A stretch of 64,000 bases of DNA, taken from NCBI GenBank assembly GCA_030390025.1, contig CM059432.1:131070001-131134000 (forward strand), in the 5' to 3' direction. This stretch comes from Squalus acanthias (taxonomy: Eukaryota). The notes beneath the pieces are model-generated. The model had not been told where the DNA came from and made no database searches. It saw nothing but the letters and a program-made list of their open reading frames with translations. This document shows positions 39,690 through 52,030 of the stretch, in pieces (the stretch's first letter is position 1; each line of letters begins with the position of its first letter). The translations under genes were made by a program, and so were the position numbers.

Positions 39690-41580
39690 GGTCCTGCTCT
39701 CGCCTCAAAACTACTCACTATTCCAGGATCATTCTGGAATGCAAAGATAACCCCCGACTTCTTTTCTCTACTGCAAACTGTTTTCTTAAACCCTTCTCCC
39801 CTGTCTCCTCCACCCTCACCTCCAACAACAAGTGGGAGGAACTCATGGACTTCTTTGTCTCTGAGGTTGAGACCATCCGATCAGCTGCTTCTACCACTTC
39901 CCTTCCTTCCCTAGCCCACTGAACCAAACTTCTTCTAAGGTTACCTAGCCCTAAACCCAGTTCCTCCAGTTTCTCTCTGATCTCTCCTCATGCCCTCTCC
40001 GCACTCATCCTGTCCATGGGACTCACTTCCTGCTCCCTTGGCCCTATTCCCACTAAACTGCTGACCACCCAACTTCCTTTTCTGGCTCCCATGTTAGCAG
40101 ATATTGTTAACGGTTCTCTCTCCTCAGGTACTGTCCCCCTCTCCTTCAAATCTGCCGTCATCACCCTTCTCCTCAAAAAAAACCCTTGACCCCCCCTCCA
40201 TCCTTGCAAACTACCGCCTCATCTCCAACCTCCCTTTCCTTTCCAAAGTCCTTGAACGTGTTGTTGGCTCCCAAATCTGTGCCCATCTTTCCCGGAACTC
40301 CATGTTTGAATCCTTCCAATTAGGTTTCTGCCCCTGCCACAGTACCGAAACAGCTCTTATCAAAGGCACAAATGACATCCTATGTGACTGTGACAAAGGT
40401 AAACTATCCCTCCTCGTCCTTCTCGACCTGTCTGCCCCTTTGACATGGTTGACCACTCCATCCTCCTCCAACGCCTCTCCACCGTCGTCCAGCTGGATGG
40501 GACTGCACTTGCCTGGTTCCATTCTTATCTATGTAATCGTAACCAGAGAATCACCTGCAATGACTTCCTTCCCGCTCCCGCATCATTACCTCTGATGTCC
40601 CCCTCATCTATATGCTGCCCTTCGGTGAAATCATCTGAAAACACATCATCAGTTTCCACATGTATGCTGACGACACCCAGCTCTACCTCACCACCACTTC
40701 TCTCGACCCCTCCACTGTATCTAAATTGTCAGACTGCTTGTCCGACATCCAGTACTGTATGAGCAGAAATTTCCTCCAACTAAATATTGTGAAGACTGAA
40801 GCCATTGTCTTCGGTCCCCGCCACAAACTCTGTTCCCTAGCCACTGACTCCATCTCTCTCTCTAGCATCTGTTTGAGGCTGTACCAGACTGTTCGCAACC
40901 TTGGTGTCATATTTGACCCTGAAATGAGCTTCCGACCACATATCCACGCCATAACTGAGACCGCCTATTTCCGCCTCCGTAACATCATCCGTCTCTGCCC
41001 CCTACCTCAGCTCATCTGCTGCTGAAACCCTTATCCATGCCTTTGTTAACACTAGACTTGACTATTCCAACTTACTCCTGGCTGGCCTCCCACATTTTAC
41101 CCTACGTAAACTTGAGGTCATCCAAAACTCTGCTGCCCATGTCCTAACTCGCACCAAGTCCTGTTCACCCATCACCCCTGTGCTCGCTGACCTATATTGG
41201 CTCCCGGTTAAGCAACGCCTCAATTTTAAAATTCTTATCCTTGTTTTCAAATCTCCTCCAGCCTCACAACCCCCTGATATATCTGTGCTCCTCTAATTCT
41301 GTTGTCTTAAGCATCCCTGATTTTAATCGCTGAACCATTGGTGGCCATGCCTTCAGCAGCCTCGACCCTAAGCTCTGGAATTCTCTCCCTAAACCTCTCC
41401 GCCTCTCTAACTCTCTTTCCTCCTTTAAGACGCTCCTTAAAACCTATCTTTTTGACCCTCATCTACCCTAATTTCTCCTTATGTAGCTTGGTGTCAAATT
41501 TTGTATCATAACACTCCTGTGAAGAGCCTAGGGATGTTTTACTACGTTAAAGACGCTCTATATATACAAGTTGTTGTTGT
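39690..41580 (+). mobile_element. L2 LINE ORF2 3' half with (GTT)n tail
   Basis: NYRLISNLPFLSKVLE, HSTETAL, LLDLSA and YADDTQLY motifs. Confidence 0.9.
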
Positions 41581-42355
41581 TTTTCCTGAAATATCCTCCC
41601 TCATCCTCTGCACTGAACGATTCCTCAGCTTCAGTGATTTCAATTTCCATCTCAACTCGCCTATGCCTTTCTCATCTGATTTCACTGACCTCCTGCCCTC
41701 CCTAAACCTCCCGCTCCATATAAGCGGCCACCCCAACCATCTTTCCATCTCCCTTAACCTCTTTCTCCAATGGTCTTGATTACAGATAGGGCCACCTGCA
41801 ACTACTTCCTTGTATCTCCCACAACCCCCTACCCCCTTCCAACCACACTTTTCTCTGCCCCTTCCCCAGAAAAACTCTCTCAAGTCACTTCCAATTGCAG
41901 TTTCTAAATCCCATATGCCTAGCCTTTGGCCCTCCATTCAGCACAATACTTCTGAAGCTAACAATCTGCTCAATCTCTCCCTAAACCTCTCTGGCTCCCC
42001 AGCTTTCTCTCGCCATTTAAGACGCTCCTAAAACCTACCTCTTTGACCAAGCTTTTGACCATCTGTCCGAATATCTCCTTATGTGGCTCAGTGTCAAATT
42101 TTGTTTGCTAACGCTCCTCTGAAGCACCCTGGGACGTTTTACTACGTTAAAGTCAGTGTATAAATGCAAGTTGTTGTTGTTGATAACCTATAGCTATGAT
42201 AGTCTATATCTGCTTTGAATGTAAAATAGTACAACAGTAACAGAAAAAATTGCTTATTGGTGTAGAGTGGGGTGTTTTCTATGGGAATGCAGTAATTTTA
42301 GTTTCACTAAAAGTTACAGGAAAGTAGTTGACCTTATCTTCTATGTTGTTTTTAG

Positions 42356-42467
42356 TTTGGTTCTGCAAGTAAATGGACAAGAGATGAAACTTTGTCACAA
42401 TCAAGTGGAAGTATAAAACCAATGCAATATGGAAACACTCAAAGGTTTGAAAGTAACACTGCACTAG
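42356..42467 (+). CDS. Putative exon 2 of the ankyrin-repeat gene
   Basis: Pyrimidine tract tttag|FGSASKWTRDETLSQSSGSIKPMQYGNTQRFESNTAL-G|gtaggt. Open, phases 0/1, in a unique AT-rich island. Confidence 0.6.
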
Positions 42468-43112
42468 GTAGGTGAAATCCTGATAACATTTCAGTTTTGA
42501 TAAAAATTCTTCAAAACGCTGTTGATATTGCAGTTGAATTAAGCAATTCAGGTCTGTATAATTTCTGTAGATCACTTATTATTTGCAGTGTTTCTCTGGA
42601 AACCTGAATTATTGTTCATTACGTGCAGAAAATGCACCACCCGCCATATTGGCGAAGGCAGAAAAAGTGACGTCCAGGGCCCATTGCATATGCAAATAGG
42701 GGGCCTACCGCCTGTTTGACTCAGTCCCTCTCGGCTGCATTCAGGAAAACCTGGTCCATATGCGGCCAAACCAGAAATCCTTAAAGGGCCACCACCAAGA
42801 AATTTTTCAAAAATACTTCCTTCAATATGGAGCCAGGAGGTGCAGGAGTACTCCTCTTGGCTACACTGCATTCTTGCCCCCTCCCTCCTCAATCAGCCTC
42901 CTCCCTCTCTCCGGAATGCTTCTCCCCCCCCCCCACCCCCTGGTACCTACCTGAGGATAATGCAGCCAGCAAAAATTTTAATTCTCTTCACCGGTGAGCT
43001 GCCTGGAGACATCCAGCAGGCGTCTACAGCTCACCATCCTCATATAAATGAGGCCTGATGCCCAATATCGGGCATGCCTTGGGCCTACTTATTTTGGTGC
43101 AGTACTCTAGAC

Positions 43113-43868
43113 CTTTCTCTGAACTAAACTGAGTTCTCTGCAAGGGGGTGCATGGGTTGGAGAGAGTGGATGCGTGGGGGGAGAGAGGGGGTGCGGGAAG
43201 AGAGAAAGAGGGTGTGGGGGATGAAGGGTGTGTGTGTGAGGGGCGGGGATTGGGGGTTCATCTCACATGGTTGCCATTAGCAACCGTCAAAGTTCACTAG
43301 GCCTCAGCCCCTCAACTCAAACAGAGATAACTTTCCACCCACTGTACGGCACCTGGAGGCCCTCACGTCCAGGCTCCAGGCCTCACTCACCCTCCGACAG
43401 ATCTTCAATGCACTCGAAGGTGATCTTGAACTGAAAAGGGTTGAAAAATGGCAACAGGTTGTCCAGTTGTTCACCTGCACCTTCACCATGGCTCCTACAG
43501 GGTAATTTTGTGTTTTTTTTCCCCTCAGGCCCACCCGTGCCGATTTAAAACAGAGACCTAGGCGCCGGGCTGGCTTGGAGGTGTGTGACGGGCCCCAAGT
43601 CTTTGCTTTCCCGCAGAAGCTCCGGGCCATCCTCCTCCTCCACCTGCCACTCTCGATTGGCTCACAGAGCATCCACTGGCAGCACGCGCCTCTACCACCA
43701 CCGAAGGCCTGGAGAGCCCAGGCCCAGCCGACGATATCCCCGCAGGGCGCCACCTGCATGCAGCAACAGTGAGGCGGGTTCACCCAATGCCACCTGCTAA
43801 AACTAGTCAATCTTCCGTGGCGTGGACCCCTTGAAATCTTCTCGCAGACACCTGGTTGAAAACTCCTG
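43113..43868 (-). mobile_element. Candidate Pack-hAT element carrying an ASF1 gene fragment
   Basis: Minus-strand end caggagttttcaacc...ggggtccacg is hAT/Charlie-like. Flanks ctctagac (43105-43112) and atctaggc (43869-43876) match 6/8 around CTAG. The left TIR is degenerate. Confidence 0.45.
43391..43489 (-). pseudogene. ASF1A: ASF1 histone chaperone exon 1 copy (ASF1A-like), frameshifted, splice donor retained
   Basis: MVKVQVNN, then a 10-nt gap, then DNLLPFFNPFQFKITFECIEDLSE-G|gtgagt. Compare ASF1A MAKVQVNNVVVLDNPSPFYNPFQFEITFECIEDLSED. Confidence 0.9.
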
Positions 43869-45696
43869 ATCTAGGCATGCCCCTTTGATGACATCACATT
43901 ATTCACGTCATAACTTCTGTTCTGGCTTTCTTTATATTCCTTTGTTTGAGTCTCTGAGTCCTCCTTTGTCAAGAATCCTCTGGGAGTGTTGCACTCCCAA
44001 ACTGGTTTTCTGTGCTGAATACTGGTGAGGGTGATGACACCTCGGGGAAGTGCAGTCTAGAGCAAATTACTGCACGGGGTTGGGGGAGGCGGTGGCCACA
44101 GCAAAGTGTACAAATGCAGCGGTCAAAGGAGATTCGATAGTCAGGCGGATACACTGGCATTTCTGCAACTGCCAACGTGAGTCTCGCATGGTGTATTGCC
44201 TCCCTAACCTGTATTGGCAGGTTAAAGGACATCACTCAATGGGTGCAGAACATTTTGCAGGGGGAAGGGCAACAGCCAGAAGTCATGGTCCATCTTGGAA
44301 CTAATGACATAGGTAGGAAAAGGGTTGAGGCCCTACAGACAGAGTTTCAGAAGCTAAGGAGGGTGTGGGGGGGCGGGGGGGGCATGGAATTTAAAGAGCA
44401 GGACCTCAAAGGTAGTAATCTTTTAGTGCCACAAGCTAGTGAGTATAGGAGAATTAGGAGCAATAAGAAAAGACAGGTTAACACGTGGCTGGAGAAATGG
44501 TGTAGGAGGGAGGGCTTCAGATTCCTGGGGCATTGGGACCAGTTCTGGGGCAGGAGGGACCTGTACAAGATGGATGGGTTGCAGCTCAACAAGGCTGAGA
44601 CCAATGTCCTCGCAGGGAGGCTAACTAGTGCTGTGGGGGAGGGTTTAAACTAATTTGCCAGGGGGCGGGTGGGGGGAGGCACGAGAATGAAGCATTAGAG
44701 AGGAGATACAAGGTGTGCCGAGGACTGGGAGAGACAAACAGCATTAGAATAAAGAGTAGTTCAGAAATGGGAGGGATCAGACAGGGGGGAAATGCGAGGC
44801 AGACTATGATGGATTTAGAGTGCATGTGCATAAATGCCTGGAGCATGGTAAATAAATTTGGTGAGCTGCCAGCACAAGTAGTCACATGGGATTATGATAT
44901 AGTGGCAATAACTGACACCTGGCTCAAACAAGGGGAGGAATGGGCACTTAATATTCCTGGCTACAATGTATTCAGGAAAAATAGGGAAGGAAAAAAAGGA
45001 GGGTGGCAGTATTGATCAAAATACTGTTACAGCACTAGAAAGGGATGATGATGTACATAAGAGTTCAAAGACAGAATCTATTTGGTTAGAATTAAGGAAC
45101 AATAGAGGCGCTATTACGCTGCTGGGTGTATACTATAGGTCACCAAATAGTGGGAAGGAGATAGAGGAGCAAATTTTCAGGCAAATTGCAGAAAGATGCA
45201 AGAACTTTAGAGTAGTGATAATGGGGGACTTCAATTATCCTAATATAGACTGGGACAATAACAGTGTAAAAAGCAAAGAGGGGAAGGAATTCCTGAAATG
45301 TGTACAAGAGAACTTTCTTGATCAGTCTGTTTTCAGCCCAACGAGGAAAGAAGCAGTGCTGGATCTAGTTCTGGGGAATGAAGTGAGGCAAGTGGAGCAT
45401 GTTTTGGTGGGGGAGCATTTGGGGAACAGTGATGACAACATTAGGTTTAGAGCAGTTATGGAAAACAACATAAAAAAATTAAATGTGAAAATAATCAACT
45501 GGAGGAAGCTAATTTCAGTGATTTTAAAATTGTTCTGGCCCAGGTGGATTGGAATCAAAGATTGGCAGGTAAAACAGTAAATGAGCAATGGGAGGTCTTC
45601 AAAGAGGAGATAGTTCTGGTACAGACCAGACACATTCCCACGAGGGGGAAAGGAAGGGCATCCAAAGCTAGAGCTCCCTGGATGACTAAAGATATA

Positions 45697-46107
45697 GGGC
45701 GCGAAATTCGGTTACGCCCCGTTTAGGGGTGGTAACCGAGTTAAGGCCGGATATTTAGCGTCCGCCACGGAAGTACCGCCCCGGCTGCTAAATTCGGCTT
45801 ACTGCCCCGCACAGAAAGTGGAGTGCAATCTCGGGCACTCCACTTCCTGGTGGGGCGGTAACCGAGGCGATGCCGGGGCGCGATCGGCAGTGCTCTGCGG
45901 AGTGCTGCCGCGTTTCAATGCCCCTCCCCTTCAGTTAAAGGGGAGGGCCGCTGCGCACTCTGCAGAGCCTCCGATGACCCCAACTAGGCCACCAGGGCGG
46001 TGTGGTGTCATAGCACCAGCCCGGTGCCGAGACGCGGTGCCGGGCTGCGCGATGGCGGCCAGGACCATGTTACGGCCCACCATGGAGGGCCGACCTGGAG
46101 GTCGTTC
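45697..46107. mobile_element. Truncated GC-rich MITE
   Basis: Begins gggcgcgaaattcgg and resembles 58442-59102. It replaces part of the CR1. Confidence 0.6.
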
Positions 46108-47028
46108 AAAAAAAGAAAATGGTGGCTGTCACCCAGTCTGGATGGGATGCATACTAGGTTGCTGAGGGAAGTAAGGATGGAGATTACAGAGGCTCTGGCC
46201 GCAATCTTCGAATCCTCCTTAGATATGGGAGTGGTACCAGAGGATTGGAGGATTGCAAATGTTACACCCCTGTTTAAAACAGGGGAGAGGGATAAACACG
46301 GCAATTACAGGCCTGTCAGCCTAATGTTGGTGGTAGGGAAACTCTTAGAGACATTGATCCGGGACAAAATTAATTGGTACTTGGAAAAATATGGGTTAAT
46401 AAATGAAATCCTGTTTGACTAACTTGATTGAGTTCTTTGATGAAGGAACGGAGAGGGTGGATGAAGTTAGTGCGTTTGATGTTGTGTAGATTGATTTTCA
46501 AAAGGCGTTTGATAAAGTACCACATTTTTACTTGTTAGCAAAATTGAAGCCCATGGGATTAAAGGGCCAGTGGCTACATGGATACAGAATTGGTTAGGGA
46601 CAGAAAGCAGAAGGTTAAGGTCGGTGTTGGGATCACTGCTCTTTTTGATATACATTAATGACCTGAACTTGGGCATACAGGGCATAATTTCAAAGTTAGC
46701 AGATGAGACAAAACTTGGAAATGTAGTAAACAGTTGGAAGATAGTAACAGACTTCAGGAGGACATAAACAGACTGGTGAAATGGGCAGACACATCGTAGA
46801 TGAAAATTAACACAGAAAAGTGTGAAGTGATTAATTTTGGTAGGAAGAATGAGGAGAGGCATTATAAACTAAATGGTACAATTTTAAAGGGGATGCAGGA
46901 ACAGAGAGACCTGGGGGTGTATGTACTCAGGTATTTGAAGGTGGGAGGACAAGTTCACACGGGAACCTTGCGTTTATAAACAGTGGCATAGAGTACAAAA
47001 GCAAGGAAGTTATGCTTAATCTTTATAA

Positions 47029-47665
47029 TGATGCGGAGATGCCGGCGTTGGACTGGGGTGGACAAAAATGAGAAGTCGCACAACACCAGGTTATAGTCCA
47101 ACAGATTTATTTAAAATTACAAGCTTTCGGAGCTGTCGCCCCTTCCTCAGGTAAAGTTACAATGAGTGAATCTACAATATTTCACAGTATATAAACACAG
47201 AAACTGCAGAGATACAATCTTTCAGGGAAGGTGTCCTTACATCAAAGACACACCAAGAGCACAGCCAAGACAATGAGATGTGTCACAGGGGGTCCAACGT
47301 GTCAAATCCTGCTGTCTGCAGGGTTTTTTTGTGTGTTTTTTTGTCTGTTTTTTTTAATTAAAAACTTTTTTTTAAAAAAACACAAAAAAAACAAACCCAA
47401 AAAAAAACCTGCAGACAGCAGGATTTGACACGTTGGACCCCCTGTGACACATCTCATTGTCTTGGCTGTGCTCTTGGTGTGTCTTTGATGTAAGGACACC
47501 TTCCCTGAAAGATTGTATCTCTGCAGTTTCTGTGTTTATATACTGTGAAATATTGTAGATTCACTCATTGTAACTTTACCTGAGGAAGGGGCGACAGCTC
47601 CGAAAGCTTGTAATTTTAAATAAATCTGTTGGACTATAACCTGGTGTTGTGCGACTTCTCATTTT
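47029..47665. mobile_element. Penelope-like foldback (family B) with about 259-bp inverted arms
   Basis: Arms 47065-47323 and 47407-47665, with mirror ORFs 47231-47428 and 47302-47499. Imperfect 13-bp flanking repeat ttaatctttataa/taaacctttataa. Confidence 0.85.
47576..47613 (+). ncRNA. Minimal hammerhead ribozyme motif (mirror copy at 47117-47154, minus)
   Basis: ttac-CTGAGGA-a-ggggc(gaca)gctcc-GAAA-g-CTT-gtaa. Confidence 0.68.
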
Positions 47666-48045
47666 AAACCTTTATAAAACACTGGTTATGCCCCAGCTGG
47701 AGCATTGTGTCCAATTTTGGGCACCACACTTTAGGAAGGATGTCAAGGCCTTAGAGAGGGTGCAGAGGAAATTTACTAAAATGGTACCAGGATGAGGGAC
47801 TTCAGTTATGTGGAGAGACTAGAGAAACTGGGGTTCCCCATATCCCTGCAATTTTTTCTCCTTCAAGTATTTATCCAATTCCCTTGAAGGCTACAATTGA
47901 ATCTGTATCCACCACCCTATCAGGCAGTGCATTCCAAATCCTAACCACTCGCTGTGTAAAAAATAGTTTTTCCTCATATTGCCTCTGGTTCTTTTGCCAA
48001 TCACCTTAAATCTGAGAAGTCGCACAACACCAGGTTAAAGTCCAA

Positions 48046-48938
48046 GGGGTAAAAATTAGGTCGCGCCCCATTTGGGGCGCAAATATCGTCTGGACGCAAA
48101 TATTAGCGCCTGGCGCTAATTATCGGCACTGACTGGAAACTTCACTTTTACCGCCCCGGGAGGTGAGTGGAGCGCTAAATCAGGTGCTGCACACCTGTCT
48201 TAAGGCGCAAAGGCCAAGGAGTGAGGCGCTAACTCAGAGCGCTGGCGAAGCTCATGTAATGTCAGTCAGCAATGGAACACACACACAATGGCACGGGCCA
48301 GTTCTTAAAGGGGATGGTTAATCTTGCTTTCCATCCACATCCTGCTCATTGCAGCCTTGAATCTCGGCCTGGAGAGACTTGCACATCAAATGTGCTGGAA
48401 AGAACAATGGAGAGTACCAGGCAAAGAGCTCAGAGTGCAGCTCCCACAGTCTCTGGTAAATCGATACAAGGAATGGCAAATCAAAATGAACCTGCAAAGT
48501 GCTGCTCAGTACCCAAAACTCCTTCACACAACGTTGAATCTCTCCAGAAGTCTCTCCCTCTCTCTCTCAGAATGCGTAGTTCAAAAATGCCACGAACAAT
48601 AAAAGACAGGAAGAGGCCCCCTTTAAATAGCGCCCCCCCCAGCCCCACAGCGATTGATAGCGTTCCAGTCTTCTGGTCGTTGGATGCGCCAGGCGGTAAG
48701 GCAGGGGGCGCCACTCAATTTCCGCTCCGGGGCGCCACAAGGGCGTTGCACCATGGAATGACGTCAAAATCTGCGCGCGCAGGTGGTCGCAGCGGTAAGT
48801 TTTAGCGCCGCCGCACAATCTCTAGTTAAGTTCCCGAGCGGCGCAAACATCGCTGCGCCCGGGCGTTAGCGACTTTGCGCCCCATTAGCGCCCTCTTAAG
48901 GCGCTAACAGGAGGCGCAACCAACTGAATTTTTACCCC
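48046..48938. mobile_element. Harbinger-like MITE (893 bp)
   Basis: TIR ggggtaaaaatt...aatttttacccc, TSD CAA. Confidence 0.9.
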
Positions 48939-48983
48939 CAACAGTTTTATTTGAAATCACAAGCTTTCGGAGCGCTGCTGACT

Positions 48984-49020
48984 TCACCTGACGAAGGAGC
49001 AGCGTTCCGAAAGCTTGTGA
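48984..49020 (+). ncRNA. Minimal hammerhead ribozyme motif
   Basis: tcac-CTGACGA-a-ggagc(agc)gttcc-GAAA-g-CTT-gtga. Confidence 0.68.
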
Positions 49021-50214
49021 TTTCAAATAAAACTGTTGGACTATAACCTGGTGTTGCGCGACTTCTCACATTTGTCCACCCCAGTCCAACACCGGCATCT
49101 CCACATCATGGCTACCTTAAATCTGGTTATCAACCTTTCAGCTATTGGAAACAGTTTCTCTTTATTTGCTCTAATTCATCCTTCAGGATTTTAAACACCT
49201 CTATCAAATCTCCTGTTAGCCTTAACCTGCTCTGGAGAACAACCCCAGCTTCTCCAGTCTATCCACATAACTGTAATCTCTCATCCCTATAACCATTCTA
49301 GTAAATCTCTTCTGTACCCTCTCCAAAGTTTTCACGTCCTTCCTAAAGTGTGGTGCCCAGAATTGGACATAATACTCCAGCTGGAGCCGAACCAGTGTTT
49401 TATAGCATAACCTCCTGGCTTTGTATTCTATGCCTCTATTTATAAAGCCCAGGATCCCATATGCTTTATTAACTACTTTGTTAACCTGTCCTGCCACCTT
49501 CAGAGATTTGTGCACAAACACCCCCAGGTCTCTCTATCCTTGCACCCCTTTAAAATTGTACCATTTAGCTTGTATTGTCTCTCCTCATTCTTCCTACCAA
49601 AATGTATCACCTCACACTTTTCTGTGTTGAATTTCATCTGCCATGTGTCCACCCATTCCACCAGCCTGTCTATGTCCTCTTGAAGTCTGTTACTATCTTC
49701 CTCACTGTTTACTACACTTCCAAGTTTTGTGTCTTCTGTAAATTTCGAAAATGTGCCCTTGAAAAAACTTGAAAAGGAAAAATTTGCTGCTCTATGGTGA
49801 AAGAGCAGAGGAGTGGGACTAATTGGACAGCTCTTTCAAAAAGCCAGCACAGACATGATGGGCCAAATGCCCTCCTTTTCTGTATCATTCTATGATTCTT
49901 TGATTGTCTGTCTGAGACTGTGGCTGGAATGTTTACCTTGGAGTCGGGTAGGGTGTGTGCGGGCCGTGTAGCGGGTCGGAAACGTGATGTTCTGAGCAGC
50001 GCATTGTTCAGAGCGACTTTAACTTAATGGCCCCAATTGAAAGAGTCATGCGCGTTTCCCAGCCCTATTAAATGGTGTGAGTCTGATGGTGTCATCGATG
50101 ACTTGTTTCCAATGCCGATATTTAAAGCAGCCTTGCACTCAACTCATTTGAAGGCTGCTAGAGGAGGGTGGAACCTGACAAACAAAGGCCTGAGTATGTT
50201 ATAAAGTAGCAAGG

Positions 50215-52030
50215 TTGGATAGCCAAAGACAGAGGGCTGCACCACGCTTTTCAGACTCATCCCTACATACTCTGGTGGAGGGAGTCAGAGCATGCAGGGA
50301 GATCCTCTTCCCTGCTGATAGGCGAAGGAGATCTCCACAAGTGACCGAAAGAGCCTGGCTGGATATAGCTGAGGAGGTCAGCAGCAGGGATGTGGTGAGG
50401 AGGACCTGGACCCAGTGCAGGAAACGATTCAATGATCTCATGAGGTCAGGAAGGGTGAGTGCAATGCCACACTCACCCTCATCCTGAAGTGCCTGTCAAT
50501 GCTTCCCCATCACTCTACCTTCCCAAGCCTTCTCCTGCACATCATTCCCCACACCAACATACCTTGCACATCCACCCATCCCTCTCTCTCTATGTACATA
50601 CTCACATCCCCATCTGACTAACCACCCCTCACACTCACCCTTATCCCTCATCCTAATGCAATCATAGCAAGTAACACCACAGAAGCAGGCCATTTGGTAT
50701 TGGCGCCCCACACCCTCTACAGATGTAACACATCCATTCCTTACACACATTCCATCACTCTCACTCAAACTTCTCTTCTTCCCCTCCTTGCAGGAGAAAA
50801 GAGCCCAGAACAACAGGGAGAGGCAGAGAACCGGAGGCGGCCCTCCAGTCTTTGCACAACTAACAGCAGCAGAGGAGGGGACTCTGGAGATTTCAGGAGT
50901 TGGAGAGATGCTGGCGGTGGGAGACGGAGAGAGGGGGACATCCCAGCAACCTGGTGACAGAATCACATCTCATAAAGCCACATGGCATACAACAGTCACT
51001 CATATGGTGACTGATGTCAGCAGCCAGTGAAATGTCATCATGTGCATAATGGTAACGTTATCCATTCTTATTATAACACTTCTAATTCATCTCTACTCTC
51101 CCACAGGTCCATCAATTGCCACCCCACTGTCCAGGCGAAGGAGGAAGATGACTCCTCAGAGGAGCCTCCAGCCTCTGATGGTGCACCGTCAGCAGACCCA
51201 AGCGCACCCAGCAGCAGCACAGATACACACACCTCAGTGGGTCCTTTGCGTCATAGAGTAGAGTTGTCACCTGGTGTCTCACAATTCATAAGTGAGCAAG
51301 AGCAGATGGTGTTGACAGGGACAGCAGTGGAGACACCTCGCCGGAGGGCGCAGGATGCTCCAACCTCTGCTGAGCTGCATGCAGACGCTGAGCCTTGGGG
51401 GCCATTGAAAAAGAGGGTGATCTTGGTGGGGCAGCAACAATTGCATGAGGCTTTGGCATCTTTTGCAGCCGTGATGTCCGCAAATGTTCAGAGAATGGAG
51501 GAGTCCATCTCCAACATGAGCACCATCATGTCGCAGGCGATGGTGACGATGTGCTGTTCCATGGAAAGGATGGCCACCTCCATGGAGCAGCAGATGCACC
51601 AGTCACATGAGCACATGCTAGTTGTGGACAACAGATGGCAGGTGCTCATAGACCTTCTCTCAAGGAAGGATGTAAACGTAGACTTGGACGTTCATCACCC
51701 CACTGCTGTGCAGCAGGGAAGTGCGGGTGGCCCATGAGAGGGATGATGGTGAGAGGGGACATGGAAGTGGGGGCTCTTCTCAATGCACTCCTACTTCTCC
51801 CCCGTTGCCTCCCCCTCAGTCAGAGCCCCACATGCTTCCTCAGATCCCTATGGCCGAGTCTGCCCCTGCACAGTCGCAGGAGGAGCAGACTTTGGCGGGG
51901 CCATCACAGGCACCAAAACCCAGAGGACATCCGCCAAAAATGTCTTAACGAGTCGCAGCAGGGAAGTGAGCAGCCTGCCTCTACCTCTGCTGAAGCCACA
52001 GGGGTTGCACCTCGTACAGCACGCGGAAAA
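50215..52030 (+). pseudogene. Harbinger Myb/SANT-like gene (exons ~50215-50454, 50794-50953, 51107-~52030)
   Basis: APRFSDSSLHTLVEGV...AWLDIAEEV...RTWTQCRKRFNDL. Exon 2 is 160 bp as in element 1. Exon 3 is frameshifted. Confidence 0.85.

Larger units (their letters stand above)
43965..47836 (+). mobile_element. Decayed CR1 LINE with nested insertions
   Basis: ORF1 esterase (44050-44653), EN (44966-45580), RT remnants (46130-47830). Confidence 0.9.
48015..49113. mobile_element. Penelope-like foldback (family B) split by a MITE
   Basis: 12-bp TSD accttaaatctg (48003-48014, 49114-49125). Same arms as 7230-7428 in reverse orientation. Confidence 0.82.
47837..49760 (-). mobile_element. Inverted CR1 3' segment hosting a Penelope foldback and a MITE
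   Basis: ORF 49222-49521 is the CR1 C-terminus. The plus-strand CR1 tail resumes at about 49765-49900. Confidence 0.82.

Noticed and set aside
43304..43810. 168-aa minus-strand ORF as a real gene, or a functional ASF1 gene
   Set aside because: Only MVKVQVNN is in the ASF1 frame, the 10-nt deletion shifts the rest, and no further ASF1 exons were found.
47231..47499. Pair of mirror 65-aa ORFs
   Set aside because: They are a by-product of the palindrome.
48272..48805. 177-aa ORF with a paralogue at 32063-32413
   Set aside because: Both lie in copies of one MITE family, so DNA-level similarity explains it. The frame is not conserved to the end and no domain is recognisable.
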